Positions 28,401-37,017 of a stretch of 64,000 nt of DNA are shown here, one piece after another (position 1 is the first letter of the stretch; each line of letters starts with the position of its first letter). A program made the position numbers and the translations under genes. The notes under the pieces were generated by a model that ran no database searches, was not told the origin of the DNA, and saw only the letters and a program-made list of their open reading frames with translations. Location of the stretch: the IMG/VR virus record IMGVR_UViG_3300045988_151219, positions 64,001 to 128,000 of that record; one strand, written 5' to 3'. The stretch comes from a virus.

Positions 28401-29174
28401 TTAGTCTGAAAAATAAGAAGAAAGGTCTTCCTCGGAACTGATAGTGTCCGGTGCTGATTCTACACGCTGGGCTATCCCTTTTTTCTCATCGTATTCCTGC
28501 TGTGTCATAGCAGTAGCTACAGGAAGTACAATGTCTTTGATGTGACGTTTCCAGAAGTCAATCACCTGTTGTTTGATTTTAGCAGATTTCTTCCACGTTG
28601 CAGCTCCGGCTACTGTGAAAGTCTTTGATTGAAATTTCTCATCATTACATGTTACCACGATATCAATGTTATTCAGCGGTGTATTCTGTACTTCTTCAAT
28701 AGTTACCAAATCAGAATACTCTCTATACCCCAATACTAATACAGCATTAGTAACATGGTTAGACTGAATAACGCCTTTCCGGTCGGTCTCATAAATCAAG
28801 CATGGATATAAGTACCTTACTCTTACTTTAGGTGAACCCTTAAGCTGCAAATCGTCTGTTACAAGAATATTCGTTGATATTTCTTCATCATACACGGTCT
28901 TTATGATAATTACTTTATTTGAAATTAATGAAATTCTTGACCTTGCAGACACTGTAAATCTTGCTTTATCAACCGGAAATCTTGATACTGTGGTTCCTGA
29001 TTTCCCTACTACCACACCAGGTACTGATGAAAGGGAACCAAAATCTAAATCATCTTTATCTTCTTTTGCTTCTACTATCTCTTCTGCTTTTGCTGCTTCT
29101 GTTTCTTCTACTTCGTTTGTTAGGACGTCTGTGTCATCAAGCACCTGGTCTAAACCTACTTCGTTCGTTGTCAT
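28401..29174 (-). CDS. Hypothetical protein with acidic N- and C-termini (SSB-like tail is only a guess)
   Basis: 257 aa. The C-terminus SSEEDLSSYFSD is reminiscent of acidic SSB tails. No OB-fold motif recognised. Confidence 0.5.
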   Translation of the reverse strand: MTTNEVGLDQVLDDTDVLTNEVEETEAAKAEEIVEAKEDKDDLDFGSLSSVPGVVVGKSGTTVSRFPVDKARFTVSARSRISLISNKVIIIKTVYDEEISTNILVTDDLQLKGSPKVRVRYLYPCLIYETDRKGVIQSNHVTNAVLVLGYREYSDLVTIEEVQNTPLNNIDIVVTCNDEKFQSKTFTVAGAATWKKSAKIKQQVIDFWKRHIKDIVLPVATAMTQQEYDEKKGIAQRVESAPDTISSEEDLSSYFSD

Positions 29175-29195
29175 GACTTTCTCCTTTATTTTACT

Positions 29196-29687
29196 TTAAA
29201 TTTCTTCAATTACTTTCTTCTTCGGCTTTTCTTCTGCTTTTGTTCCATATTTCTTGTAATCAAGCGGATGTAACACATCAAGCATCGCTTTGTCTTCCGC
29301 ATCTTCTGAAACCAAAATTCCATGGAATTTAAGAGAAGATTCAAGTTCTTCAAATCCCAGCAACTGTTCAATATAAGTCTTTACAGCTGTGGACGGATAG
29401 AACTTGAAGTGCGGTACATATTCCCATGTCTTCATTCCTGGAATTGGCTTTCCATTCTTATCAAGACCTGCTTTTGCTCCTCTCGGCTTACTGTGATTAA
29501 TTTTATACTTTCCTACTCCAGCCAGCGGAATATTATGCTGGTCAATGACTGTCGTAAGCTCCGCCATTCCCCACATAATGTCTTTGTACAACTCCCATGC
29601 CTTCTGTTTCGATACATTCACACCCAACGTATCCTTAATGATAAGCTGGATATGACGTTTGACTACTTCGGTCGTCTTAATAGCCAT
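29196..29687 (-). CDS. HU/IHF-like DNA-binding protein with insertion
   Basis: IPLAGVGKYKINHSKPRGAKAGLDKNGKPIPGMKTWEYVPHFKFYPSTAVK follows the HU pattern GFG.F.v..R.aR.g.NP.tG..i.i....v.Fk. Confidence 0.5.
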   Translation of the reverse strand: MAIKTTEVVKRHIQLIIKDTLGVNVSKQKAWELYKDIMWGMAELTTVIDQHNIPLAGVGKYKINHSKPRGAKAGLDKNGKPIPGMKTWEYVPHFKFYPSTAVKTYIEQLLGFEELESSLKFHGILVSEDAEDKAMLDVLHPLDYKKYGTKAEEKPKKKVIEEI

Positions 29688-29717
29688 AAATTTTCTCCTT
29701 TACTAAATAAAATAAAT

Positions 29718-30158
29718 TTACATCTTATAAGTTGAATTACTTATAAGGTATTGAGAAGAATTGTAAAACTGCAATAGCTTCTCATATTTACTTTTCAAAG
29801 TTAATGTAGCTTCTCGGACTAAATCAACTTGTGAAAGTAAAAATTCTATTTGAGCAGTAATTTTACTGCGAATAGACGGCAAGACAGCTTCCTCTCTTAT
29901 AGACTTCCTAAGCTGTCTTAATTTAATTTGTGCCTGCACCAGTAAAGCTAATTTGTTGCAGGCTTCCTGGTAATTAACAGCGGTCTCTTTATATCCCCCA
30001 TAAAGTGTTGACAGCTGTGTAGGGTCTTTGATGTCCGGTATGTCTATCACGCCTTTTTCTAAGTCTGTATCAACAAAAGACATGATAGAGTTTATTACTC
30101 TTTCTAAAGAAGCACACATTGAAAGAAATTCACTTTGCTGCATAGAATTTATCCTCAA
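29718..30158 (-). CDS. Hypothetical helical protein
   Basis: 146-aa ORF. No motif recognised. Confidence 0.5.
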   Translation of the reverse strand: MRINSMQQSEFLSMCASLERVINSIMSFVDTDLEKGVIDIPDIKDPTQLSTLYGGYKETAVNYQEACNKLALLVQAQIKLRQLRKSIREEAVLPSIRSKITAQIEFLLSQVDLVREATLTLKSKYEKLLQFYNSSQYLISNSTYKM

Positions 30159-30972
30159 TAGTCTTAATCAACCAGGCTCTATCTTCTAAAGAGATACTCT
30201 CACTACGTTCTAATATCATAGGAATGTTATTCTCTAAACAATAATGAGCTATCCGTAAAAGTTGAAGTTGCAGTTTACCACTATTAATATACGTTTCTGA
30301 ATGCCTATCCAGATGTGACCCCTGCTTAACAAAATAAGGAATTGAGTTTAAGTGAACCAAAGAAGCATTGCTTAAAACCTTGTTCAAATAAGTCTTGTCT
30401 GTTAAGTCATCTCCATCAGCGTAAGCATGTTCCGTATCATATGTTATATATACGTTTTTGTAGTTTCCCTGTAACTGGAGTAAGTTCTTTACTACACCTA
30501 TCTTAGTAGACTTTTTAGACCCTGGGTCGTTCTCATAAGTAAATTTTATTTTCTTTGAGCTTTGTCTATAAAATTCCTGACTAATATAAGAAAGCTCTTT
30601 GATATTTTCCTCATAAGACAGTTCAGGATTATATGCTCCGCAATGAGATACAAGATAAATGTTTATTCCATACTTGTCTACCATAAAAGACATTTTCTTA
30701 TCTATATCTAAACAGTATTTTAAGATAAAAGCTTTATGAGTTTCTTTAATAAGAGTAAAAATAAAAGGTAAATGTATTACTATATTCACATTATCACTTG
30801 AACTTTTATTCTTTACAAGATATTTACTCATTTCTAAGAATCGCTGATATCTCGGAACTTCCCATTGTGTAGGTGAAGATAAAAACATTTGAAACGTTCT
30901 TACTCCTTGAGTAAAAGCTTCTTTAAAGAAATCTACATTATCAACATGTACTCCGATTAAGTCGTACTGCAT
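30130..30972 (-). CDS. Endonuclease IV-like AP endonuclease (TIM-barrel, xylose-isomerase-like fold)
   Basis: IHLPF, VSHCGAY, YENDPGSKKSTKIG, TYDTEHAYADGDD and VHLNS...GSHLDRH parallel the Nfo metal-binding blocks. Confidence 0.6.
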   Translation of the reverse strand: MQYDLIGVHVDNVDFFKEAFTQGVRTFQMFLSSPTQWEVPRYQRFLEMSKYLVKNKSSSDNVNIVIHLPFIFTLIKETHKAFILKYCLDIDKKMSFMVDKYGINIYLVSHCGAYNPELSYEENIKELSYISQEFYRQSSKKIKFTYENDPGSKKSTKIGVVKNLLQLQGNYKNVYITYDTEHAYADGDDLTDKTYLNKVLSNASLVHLNSIPYFVKQGSHLDRHSETYINSGKLQLQLLRIAHYCLENNIPMILERSESISLEDRAWLIKTIEDKFYAAK

Positions 30973-32198
30973 ACCTTGCCCTCTTTTTTCTGTGACTTAG
31001 CTCTTATATCATAAATAGCATTTTTAAGCTCATCAGCCTTATCCGTTTTCTCCCACGGGAAAATAACATTTCCAAAGAACCCTATTTTAGCCGTCATAGC
31101 ATAATTCCAATCTGTAGGATGTCTTAAGTTAAGCTCTCTTTCTATCCCTGCCGGCGTTAAGTCAAATACCTGTCTAACTGCTCTTAAGATAATAGATGTA
31201 GGTATGTCTGATGTTCCAAAGCATTTTATATTAACGGAACAGGGATTTTCTACACCAATAGCATAAGAAAGCTGTACTTCTACTTTATGAACAAGACCGG
31301 AAGCTACTAAATTCTTTGCTACATATCTTGCCATTAATGCTCCTGATATATCCTGCTTGGTCGGGTCTTTACCATTCATAGAACCCCCACCAGCCGGAAA
31401 ATACATACCATAAGAATCTACAATAATTTTTCTTCCTGTTAATCCAGAATCTACAGCCGGACCAAACTCTGTAAATGACCCTGTAGGATTGATATAAAAT
31501 CTCTTAACATCTTTAATATCAAATCCGCTTGACTGTAATATCGGTGCAATGATTGTCTCTTTTACTCTTTTCCTTAACTCTGTTATTCCTATGTCTTTTG
31601 TTGAAGCTATAGAAATAACCACCGTGTCTACAATAAGTTTTTCTAATCCTCTATTATATCTTATTGTTACTTGAGCTTTTCCATCAGGATAAAAGGGATT
31701 GCCTAAATCAGCTAAAGCTACCTCGGTCATTCTGCATGTAAGCTTTCTTGCTAATTCAATAGGCAGCGGCATAAAGTTAGGTGTTTCATCAATAGCTCCC
31801 CCACATACTAACCCCTGGTCACCCGCTCCCTGTGTTTCAGACTGCTTTCCTCTAACATAAGTATCTTCAACACCTTGGTTAATCTCTTCTGATTGATTAG
31901 TTACTCTTACTTCTATTGATACTGTGTCATAACTAAAGCCTTTAGATGGGTCTATATAACCTAATGATTTAATAGCTTCTCTTGCTACTTTTTCATAAAC
32001 ACAAAAATACTTAGACTTTACTTCCCCCATAATAAGTAAAAAATCTTTACATACTGCACATTCAATTCCTACGTGTGCTTCTGAATCGTTAGCTAAAATA
32101 TCATCCATAATTGACATAGCGATAAAATCACACATTTTGTCCGGATGTCCTACACATACCGATTCAGAAGTAAATAAATAGCCTGTAACCTTATTCAT
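30957..32198 (-). CDS. metK: S-adenosylmethionine synthetase
   Basis: ESVCVGHPDKMCD, GAGDQGLV, AGGGSMNGKDPTKQDISGA and VQLSYAIG are the classical MetK blocks. 413 aa, so full length. Confidence 0.9.
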   Translation of the reverse strand: MNKVTGYLFTSESVCVGHPDKMCDFIAMSIMDDILANDSEAHVGIECAVCKDFLLIMGEVKSKYFCVYEKVAREAIKSLGYIDPSKGFSYDTVSIEVRVTNQSEEINQGVEDTYVRGKQSETQGAGDQGLVCGGAIDETPNFMPLPIELARKLTCRMTEVALADLGNPFYPDGKAQVTIRYNRGLEKLIVDTVVISIASTKDIGITELRKRVKETIIAPILQSSGFDIKDVKRFYINPTGSFTEFGPAVDSGLTGRKIIVDSYGMYFPAGGGSMNGKDPTKQDISGALMARYVAKNLVASGLVHKVEVQLSYAIGVENPCSVNIKCFGTSDIPTSIILRAVRQVFDLTPAGIERELNLRHPTDWNYAMTAKIGFFGNVIFPWEKTDKADELKNAIYDIRAKSQKKEGKVCSTT

Positions 32199-32340
32199 TT
32201 AATATCTCCTTAAAATAAATATTTTCTATAGAAATTTAATTTTATTCTGTATTGCATTCTTAGAGTAGGAGATATTTTAACAGAAAATGCCTTCAGTTAC
32301 TACGGCTTAATAGAATGTTATCCTTCTAAGAATTGTGTTT
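32199..32340 (-). promoter_or_regulatory. Structured metK leader with anti-SD / SD pairing (riboswitch-like, class unknown)
   Basis: mRNA AAUAUCUCCU (32276-32267) is perfectly complementary to the SD region AGGAGAUAUU (32210-32201), which lies 2 nt before the AUG. The same anti-SD can instead join an upstream helix: UUCUUAGA (32332-32325) with UCUAAGAA (32264-32257), plus AGGA/UCCU. Confidence 0.5.
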
Positions 32341-32356
32341 AAGAATAAATAAATTG

Positions 32357-32596
32357 TTAGTTTTTATCTCTATATAATTTTAAATAATCAGAAACTAATT
32401 CACGCATATTTTCTGCAATATGATGAATGAAATCACTATCAGAAACATTATCAGGAATATTATATTTCCACTCACCATCTTTATTGTATCTGTTTCGCAA
32501 GTCATTTAATACTTGAAAGACTTTCTCGTCTGATATAATAATTTCCGATTTATTCTCCATCTCGTGATTTATTGATATTAGTAATAAGCTCTTCAA
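32357..32596 (-). CDS. Hypothetical small protein
   Basis: 79-aa ORF. Start uncertain (TTG at 32596 or ATG at 32560). Confidence 0.45.
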   Translation of the reverse strand: MKSLLLISINHEMENKSEIIISDEKVFQVLNDLRNRYNKDGEWKYNIPDNVSDSDFIHHIAENMRELVSDYLKLYRDKN

Positions 32597-33260
32597 TAGG
32601 TGTATTCATAACTTCATCAACATCACCCTTATCAGCGTAAGTCACTCTTGAATCCCACTCTTCAATGGGGTCATCGTACTTATTAATAACTTCTTTGAAA
32701 GCTTCTGAAATATAACCATTGTTTACACTTTTAGTAGGTTCTACTTCTTCATCTATAGTTTTAAATGAAAATTCCTTTTTCCCTACTTTAGAGAAGTAAT
32801 CCCCTATACGTGTATAAGCAAAAGCTCCTAAAGGCTGTTTACTGCCTATGGCTCCAACAAAAGAGTCCTCTCTTGTAGAAATTAATTTAGCTTTTCCTTC
32901 GCTGTCAACAAATAAAATAGAATCCTGTTTGTACTTAATACCTAATTTCAATCCTAATTTAAATAAAGTGTTTTCTTCTTCTTTAGGTGCAAAGACTACT
33001 AAAGAATCTTCATCTACTACTACAGATGAACCATCTTCTTTTTTCTCTACATAGCTTCCTTTAATTTTGTTGAACCCATAGTTAGCTGCTCGAAAATATC
33101 TTTGCAGCTCTTTAAAGTTCTTTCTATTTTCTTGAGGTGTGTTTTCATTCCTATTTGCGGAAATGAACAACAACACATCCCCACGGTCAAAATGCTGCTT
33201 AATTCTTCCTAAACTTGCTTCGCATATCTTCATATTGTTGAACGTATCTTTTAATGACAT
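32550..33260 (-). CDS. Tandem paralog 3 of an uncharacterised family
   Basis: MSLKDTFNNMKICEASLGRIKQH...LLFISANRNENT...GFNKIKGSYVE...DEDSLVVF. Alignable along its full length with the two upstream ORFs. Confidence 0.7.
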   Translation of the reverse strand: MSLKDTFNNMKICEASLGRIKQHFDRGDVLLFISANRNENTPQENRKNFKELQRYFRAANYGFNKIKGSYVEKKEDGSSVVVDEDSLVVFAPKEEENTLFKLGLKLGIKYKQDSILFVDSEGKAKLISTREDSFVGAIGSKQPLGAFAYTRIGDYFSKVGKKEFSFKTIDEEVEPTKSVNNGYISEAFKEVINKYDDPIEEWDSRVTYADKGDVDEVMNTPIEELITNINKSRDGE

Positions 33261-33888
33261 AATAATTACCTCTTTCTTTATTTAACCTTTTTGTACTTCT
33301 ATTATCCCATTCAGTTAATCCGTCTTCATAACTATTTATAACAGACCTAAATGCTTCTTGTAGAAAGCCCCGCATATATTGTCTTTCAGGCTCTACTGAC
33401 TCCAGAATACTGAATGAGAATTGCTTCTTTCCAATAGTAGAAAAATAATCTACCACTCTTGTATAAATAAACCTACCTAATTCTATAGCAGAATCAGTTA
33501 GTAAATTATAGTATTTTGCTTTTCCTTCACTATTTATAAAGAGAATAGCTTCTTGTTTATATCTTCTTCCTAACTGTTTACCTAATCTTAATAAAGTTAT
33601 TTCATCTTTAGGTTTTCCATAGACTATAAGAGAATCCTCTTCTACAGTAACTGTAGTACCATCTTCTCTATTTTCTACATAGCTTCCTTTGATTTTATTA
33701 TACCCAAAATTAGAATCATAAATATAATGCTGTAACTCTTTAAAAGCTTTCTTGTTTTCCTGGATTGTACTTTCATTCCGATTAGCTGAAATAAATAAAA
33801 TACAATCTCCATTATCGTAATGCTGCTTTAGTCTACCTAAACTTGCTTCATATAATTTTATATTGCTGAAAGTTTCTTTTAAAGACAT
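33199..33888 (-). CDS. Tandem paralog 2 of an uncharacterised family
   Basis: MSLKETFSNIKLYEASLGRLKQH...ILFISANRNEST...GYNKIKGSYVE...EEDSLIVY. Confidence 0.7.
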   Translation of the reverse strand: MSLKETFSNIKLYEASLGRLKQHYDNGDCILFISANRNESTIQENKKAFKELQHYIYDSNFGYNKIKGSYVENREDGTTVTVEEDSLIVYGKPKDEITLLRLGKQLGRRYKQEAILFINSEGKAKYYNLLTDSAIELGRFIYTRVVDYFSTIGKKQFSFSILESVEPERQYMRGFLQEAFRSVINSYEDGLTEWDNRSTKRLNKERGNYYVIKRYVQQYEDMRSKFRKN

Positions 33889-33890
33889 TT
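33842..33890. repeat. 49-nt perfect direct repeat, copy 1 (5' ends of paralogs 1 and 2)
   Basis: cttgcttcatataattttatattgctgaaagtttcttttaaagacattt is identical at 33842..33890 and 34545..34593. Confidence 0.85.
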
Positions 33891-34591
33891 TACTCTTTCC
33901 TATTTTGTTCCACTATTTCTTTTATTGCTTTCTCAAAAGAAGTTTTGCATATTTCTTTAACTTCAAAATCTTCCTCAACACTCCTATCCCATACTGCTAA
34001 AGGATTAGTTGAAGACTCCAATAACTCTATAAAAGATTCTGAAAGTAACCTATCACCTAAGTTATGTTTAGGTTTTACTTCTTCTACTGTCTTAAAAGTA
34101 AAATGTCTCTTTCCTATCTTAGAAAAATAATCCCCTATCTTTATAGGACTAAATTTACCTACTGATTTCTTAGAACCTAAACTACCTATCTTAGTTCCTT
34201 CTTTAGTAGCGTAAAATTGAGCTTCTTTCTTACTATTGATAAAAAGTATAGAGTCCTGATTAAATCTTATTCCTAACTGGATACCTAATTTAAATAAGAT
34301 ATTTTCTTTATCTGCCGGAGCAAATACTACTAAAGAATTTTCCGAAACAGGAACTTTTTCTCCATTACTGTTTTCTTCTACGTAATGTCCTTCTATCTTA
34401 TTATAGCCAAAATTAGCTATCTTTACATAACGTTGAAGCTCTTTATAATTCTTCTTATTCTCTTTTTCTGAATTTTCATTTCTGTTTGCACTTATAAAGA
34501 GTAAACAATCTCCTTTTTCTAAGTGCTGCATAAGCCTTCCTAAGCTTGCTTCATATAATTTTATATTGCTGAAAGTTTCTTTTAAAGACAT
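33890..34591 (-). CDS. Tandem paralog 1 of an uncharacterised family
   Basis: MSLKETFSNIKLYEASLGRLMQH...LLFISANRNENS...GYNKIEGHYVE...SENSLVVF. Confidence 0.7.
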   Translation of the reverse strand: MSLKETFSNIKLYEASLGRLMQHLEKGDCLLFISANRNENSEKENKKNYKELQRYVKIANFGYNKIEGHYVEENSNGEKVPVSENSLVVFAPADKENILFKLGIQLGIRFNQDSILFINSKKEAQFYATKEGTKIGSLGSKKSVGKFSPIKIGDYFSKIGKRHFTFKTVEEVKPKHNLGDRLLSESFIELLESSTNPLAVWDRSVEEDFEVKEICKTSFEKAIKEIVEQNRKE

Positions 34592-34593
34592 TT
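34545..34593. repeat. 49-nt perfect direct repeat, copy 2
   Basis: Identical to 33842..33890. Confidence 0.85.
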
Positions 34594-35225
34594 CATGAAC
34601 CTCTTAAATCATAAATAATCTTCTTTGATAGTTTTAAAATGTTAGTAGTAGCCTGTGACATCTCTTTATTTAAAAATAAAGTAGTCGGGTGTGGTAACGG
34701 AATAATAACTACGTCTTTTTCTTCTTCATTATCTAATATTCCCTTAGATAACTTAGTGTAATAAATTTCTCCTAATGACTGTCTGACTGTTCCAAAGTTA
34801 AATCCAAAGAACCATCTTAGAGAATCGTTACACATCAGAAAAATAACTTTATAATTACTAATAAAGCTAAACTCAAAATATTTTAAAGGTGCTTGTGATA
34901 AAATAGAGTTCCATAAAGGAATTTCTTCTACTACATTATATACCATACATAAATTGGAAACTTCACTCCGTGACAATCCTAATCTTAATAAATACTCATC
35001 AAACAGCTTTCCCTGTATTGTATTTGAAGGAAATAGCATGTTATACTTAGCTTCGTTTTTATCCGGAGACCTTGAAATAAATACTATGTCCGAACCTTTA
35101 ACTAAATGAGCGTGGTTGCCGTAAAGCTTAGTTTCCAACTGATATATTTTTTCTTTACTTGTTAAATTAAATCTCTGTAGATTCTTGATAGCATTTTGAT
35201 TGTACTGAATTTTAAGTGACAGCAT
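34593..35225 (-). CDS. Uracil-DNA glycosylase superfamily protein (family-4-like, divergent active-site motif)
   Basis: IVFISRSPDKNE...FPSNTIQGKLFDEYL parallels vmfVGEaPG..E...PF.G.aG.lL. IIPLPHPTTL parallels the HPS motif. Confidence 0.45.
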   Translation of the reverse strand: MLSLKIQYNQNAIKNLQRFNLTSKEKIYQLETKLYGNHAHLVKGSDIVFISRSPDKNEAKYNMLFPSNTIQGKLFDEYLLRLGLSRSEVSNLCMVYNVVEEIPLWNSILSQAPLKYFEFSFISNYKVIFLMCNDSLRWFFGFNFGTVRQSLGEIYYTKLSKGILDNEEEKDVVIIPLPHPTTLFLNKEMSQATTNILKLSKKIIYDLRGS

Positions 35226-35274
35226 GAATTATACCTTAGCGAAAGATAGTAGGAATTACAACAAATTATCAGGA

Positions 35275-36066
35275 TTAGATTTTAGTAGAACCTATTCCAC
35301 CTAAGCGTGATTTATTCTGAACTTCATCGTGAGAAATAACTTTATATTCCTGGAAAATTCCCTGAATAAGTCTATCTCCTCTATTAACAATAAAAGGTTT
35401 GTCTGACATATTGTAGAACCTTGCACAGATTTCCCCTTCATTATCGGGATTATTTACATATGAGGAATCAATAATTCCTACACTGTTAGCAAGTATAATC
35501 CCATGTTTAATACCTAAAGAAGACCTGATATGCAAAGATAAAAATTCATTCTTAGGCATATAAACTTTAACTCCGAACTTTACAATATCAGAATATTTAT
35601 GAGGTTCTAAAGTAAAGCTGTACAAAGAATAGAAATCATATCCGGCTGAACCGTCATCTGCTCTTCTCGGAAGCGGTGGCTTAAAAGGCTGAACAACGTC
35701 TCCATATCCGCCATCAATGTCTTCTCCATGTAATCCGATAAGGTTATCGAACTCCTGGATTTCATTTGATATTTCTCCCTCATCAGGCTTTGTAATTCCT
35801 ATTATATCTTCTTCCCCAGCTACTCCACATTCACATTCAGCAGCTTGTGCAAATCCTAAGCGGGAAACATATTCAAAATATCTTTTAGTCATTTCATCTA
35901 ATGATTTTAAAGCTGTAGGTGAACACCACGCAAAAAGCTTCTGCCCATTCCCTTTACCAAAAAGGTCGGGATGTTCAGTTTCAAATCTAACCAGCACCTG
36001 ACGGTCTACAGCTAAGACTCGCCCAGGACCATATATTGAATGATAAACTTGTTGTCCAATAAACAT
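35275..36066 (-). CDS. dut: dUTPase with a ~120-aa N-terminal extension
   Basis: AGYDFYS (motif I), GIIDSSY (motif III), GDRLIQGIF and SRLGGIGST (motif V) lie in the C-terminal ~140 aa. The N-terminus is GQQVYHSIYGPGRVLAVDRQVLVRF. Confidence 0.8.
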   Translation of the reverse strand: MFIGQQVYHSIYGPGRVLAVDRQVLVRFETEHPDLFGKGNGQKLFAWCSPTALKSLDEMTKRYFEYVSRLGFAQAAECECGVAGEEDIIGITKPDEGEISNEIQEFDNLIGLHGEDIDGGYGDVVQPFKPPLPRRADDGSAGYDFYSLYSFTLEPHKYSDIVKFGVKVYMPKNEFLSLHIRSSLGIKHGIILANSVGIIDSSYVNNPDNEGEICARFYNMSDKPFIVNRGDRLIQGIFQEYKVISHDEVQNKSRLGGIGSTKI

Positions 36067-36113
36067 TTTAATCTCCTATATAAATCTAAATGTTAAATAC
36101 TATGAAAATATAT

Positions 36114-36335
36114 TTATTCCCCTTTCAAGCTCTTATAGTAATAAAGGGATAAAATCTTGCTACAATTACTACACTGTAAGTAATCTTCTGATATAACTAA
36201 GTATGACCCACAATGAGGACAGCGACACGGACAGCTAACTTCATTGTTTATTATAGAACCGAAAACTTTTTTCTTGTCTTTGCAGCTAAGCTGGATTAAT
36301 TCTTTCGGAGATAAATAAGAGAAAAATTTTATCAC
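36114..36335 (-). CDS. Small zinc-ribbon protein
   Basis: CPCRCPHCGS...CSNCSK (two CxxC pairs) in 73 aa. Confidence 0.55.
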   Translation of the reverse strand: MIKFFSYLSPKELIQLSCKDKKKVFGSIINNEVSCPCRCPHCGSYLVISEDYLQCSNCSKILSLYYYKSLKGE

Positions 36336-37003
36336 GATTTAACCCTCAAATCTAAGAGAAATGATAAAAGCTTTAAATCGCTTTTTATTCCCTTTCTCTT
36401 AATATACGATAATGTAGACTTCTTAATATTGTTACCTATCCTCAAATTGACTGTCTTTAGCAGTCTTTTATATTGTGGATTAACAGTTTGATTTTCCCAA
36501 TCATTTACTCTCTCTAAGAAAGTAAACAGTGAAGATTCAACCATACTGTAAGGCAAATTATCTGTTATTTTAAATCCTGTTAGAATTAAATCCTTAAGAG
36601 ATAAGCTGAAAGATTCATATAAATCATAAATAGATTCATCTCCCTGGCTCTTGTCTACCCATTTACCAGTTAGCCATAAGATTTTAAGCAAGTAGTAAAA
36701 GTAATTATAATCACAATCATCAGCCTGTTCTATAAATCTTTTAGCTATCCTGTATTTCTTTTTCTCTATAACCCAGTTAAGTAACGCTCTGTGAGTAGAT
36801 AAATCTTTATCCGGAACTCCTGCTAAGGAAATAAAATTCCTTGTATATATTTTTAAATCATCTCTTAAAGTCGGATAGTATTTCCCAGTGTAGATTATAT
36901 CTAAGTTTTGACAAGATGAATCAATGACATCCCGACACACATAATTAGGATAAAAAAAGATTACTATCTCTTTTGATTCTACACTTATTGTACAGTTTTC
37001 CAA
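36332..37003 (-). CDS. Hypothetical protein
   Basis: 223-aa ORF. No motif recognised. Confidence 0.55.
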   Translation of the reverse strand: MENCTISVESKEIVIFFYPNYVCRDVIDSSCQNLDIIYTGKYYPTLRDDLKIYTRNFISLAGVPDKDLSTHRALLNWVIEKKKYRIAKRFIEQADDCDYNYFYYLLKILWLTGKWVDKSQGDESIYDLYESFSLSLKDLILTGFKITDNLPYSMVESSLFTFLERVNDWENQTVNPQYKRLLKTVNLRIGNNIKKSTLSYIKRKGIKSDLKLLSFLLDLRVKS

Positions 37004-37017
37004 AGTGAAAACTCCTT

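Noticed and set aside
32199-32340. Identification of the metK leader as a classical SAM-I (S-box) or SMK-box riboswitch.
   Set aside because: The P1-like UUCUUAGA stem resembles S-box P1. However, the element is too short, and I cannot find the conserved S-box core (GGUGGAGGGA...GCAACC...) or the SMK consensus. Only the generic anti-SD switch is claimed.
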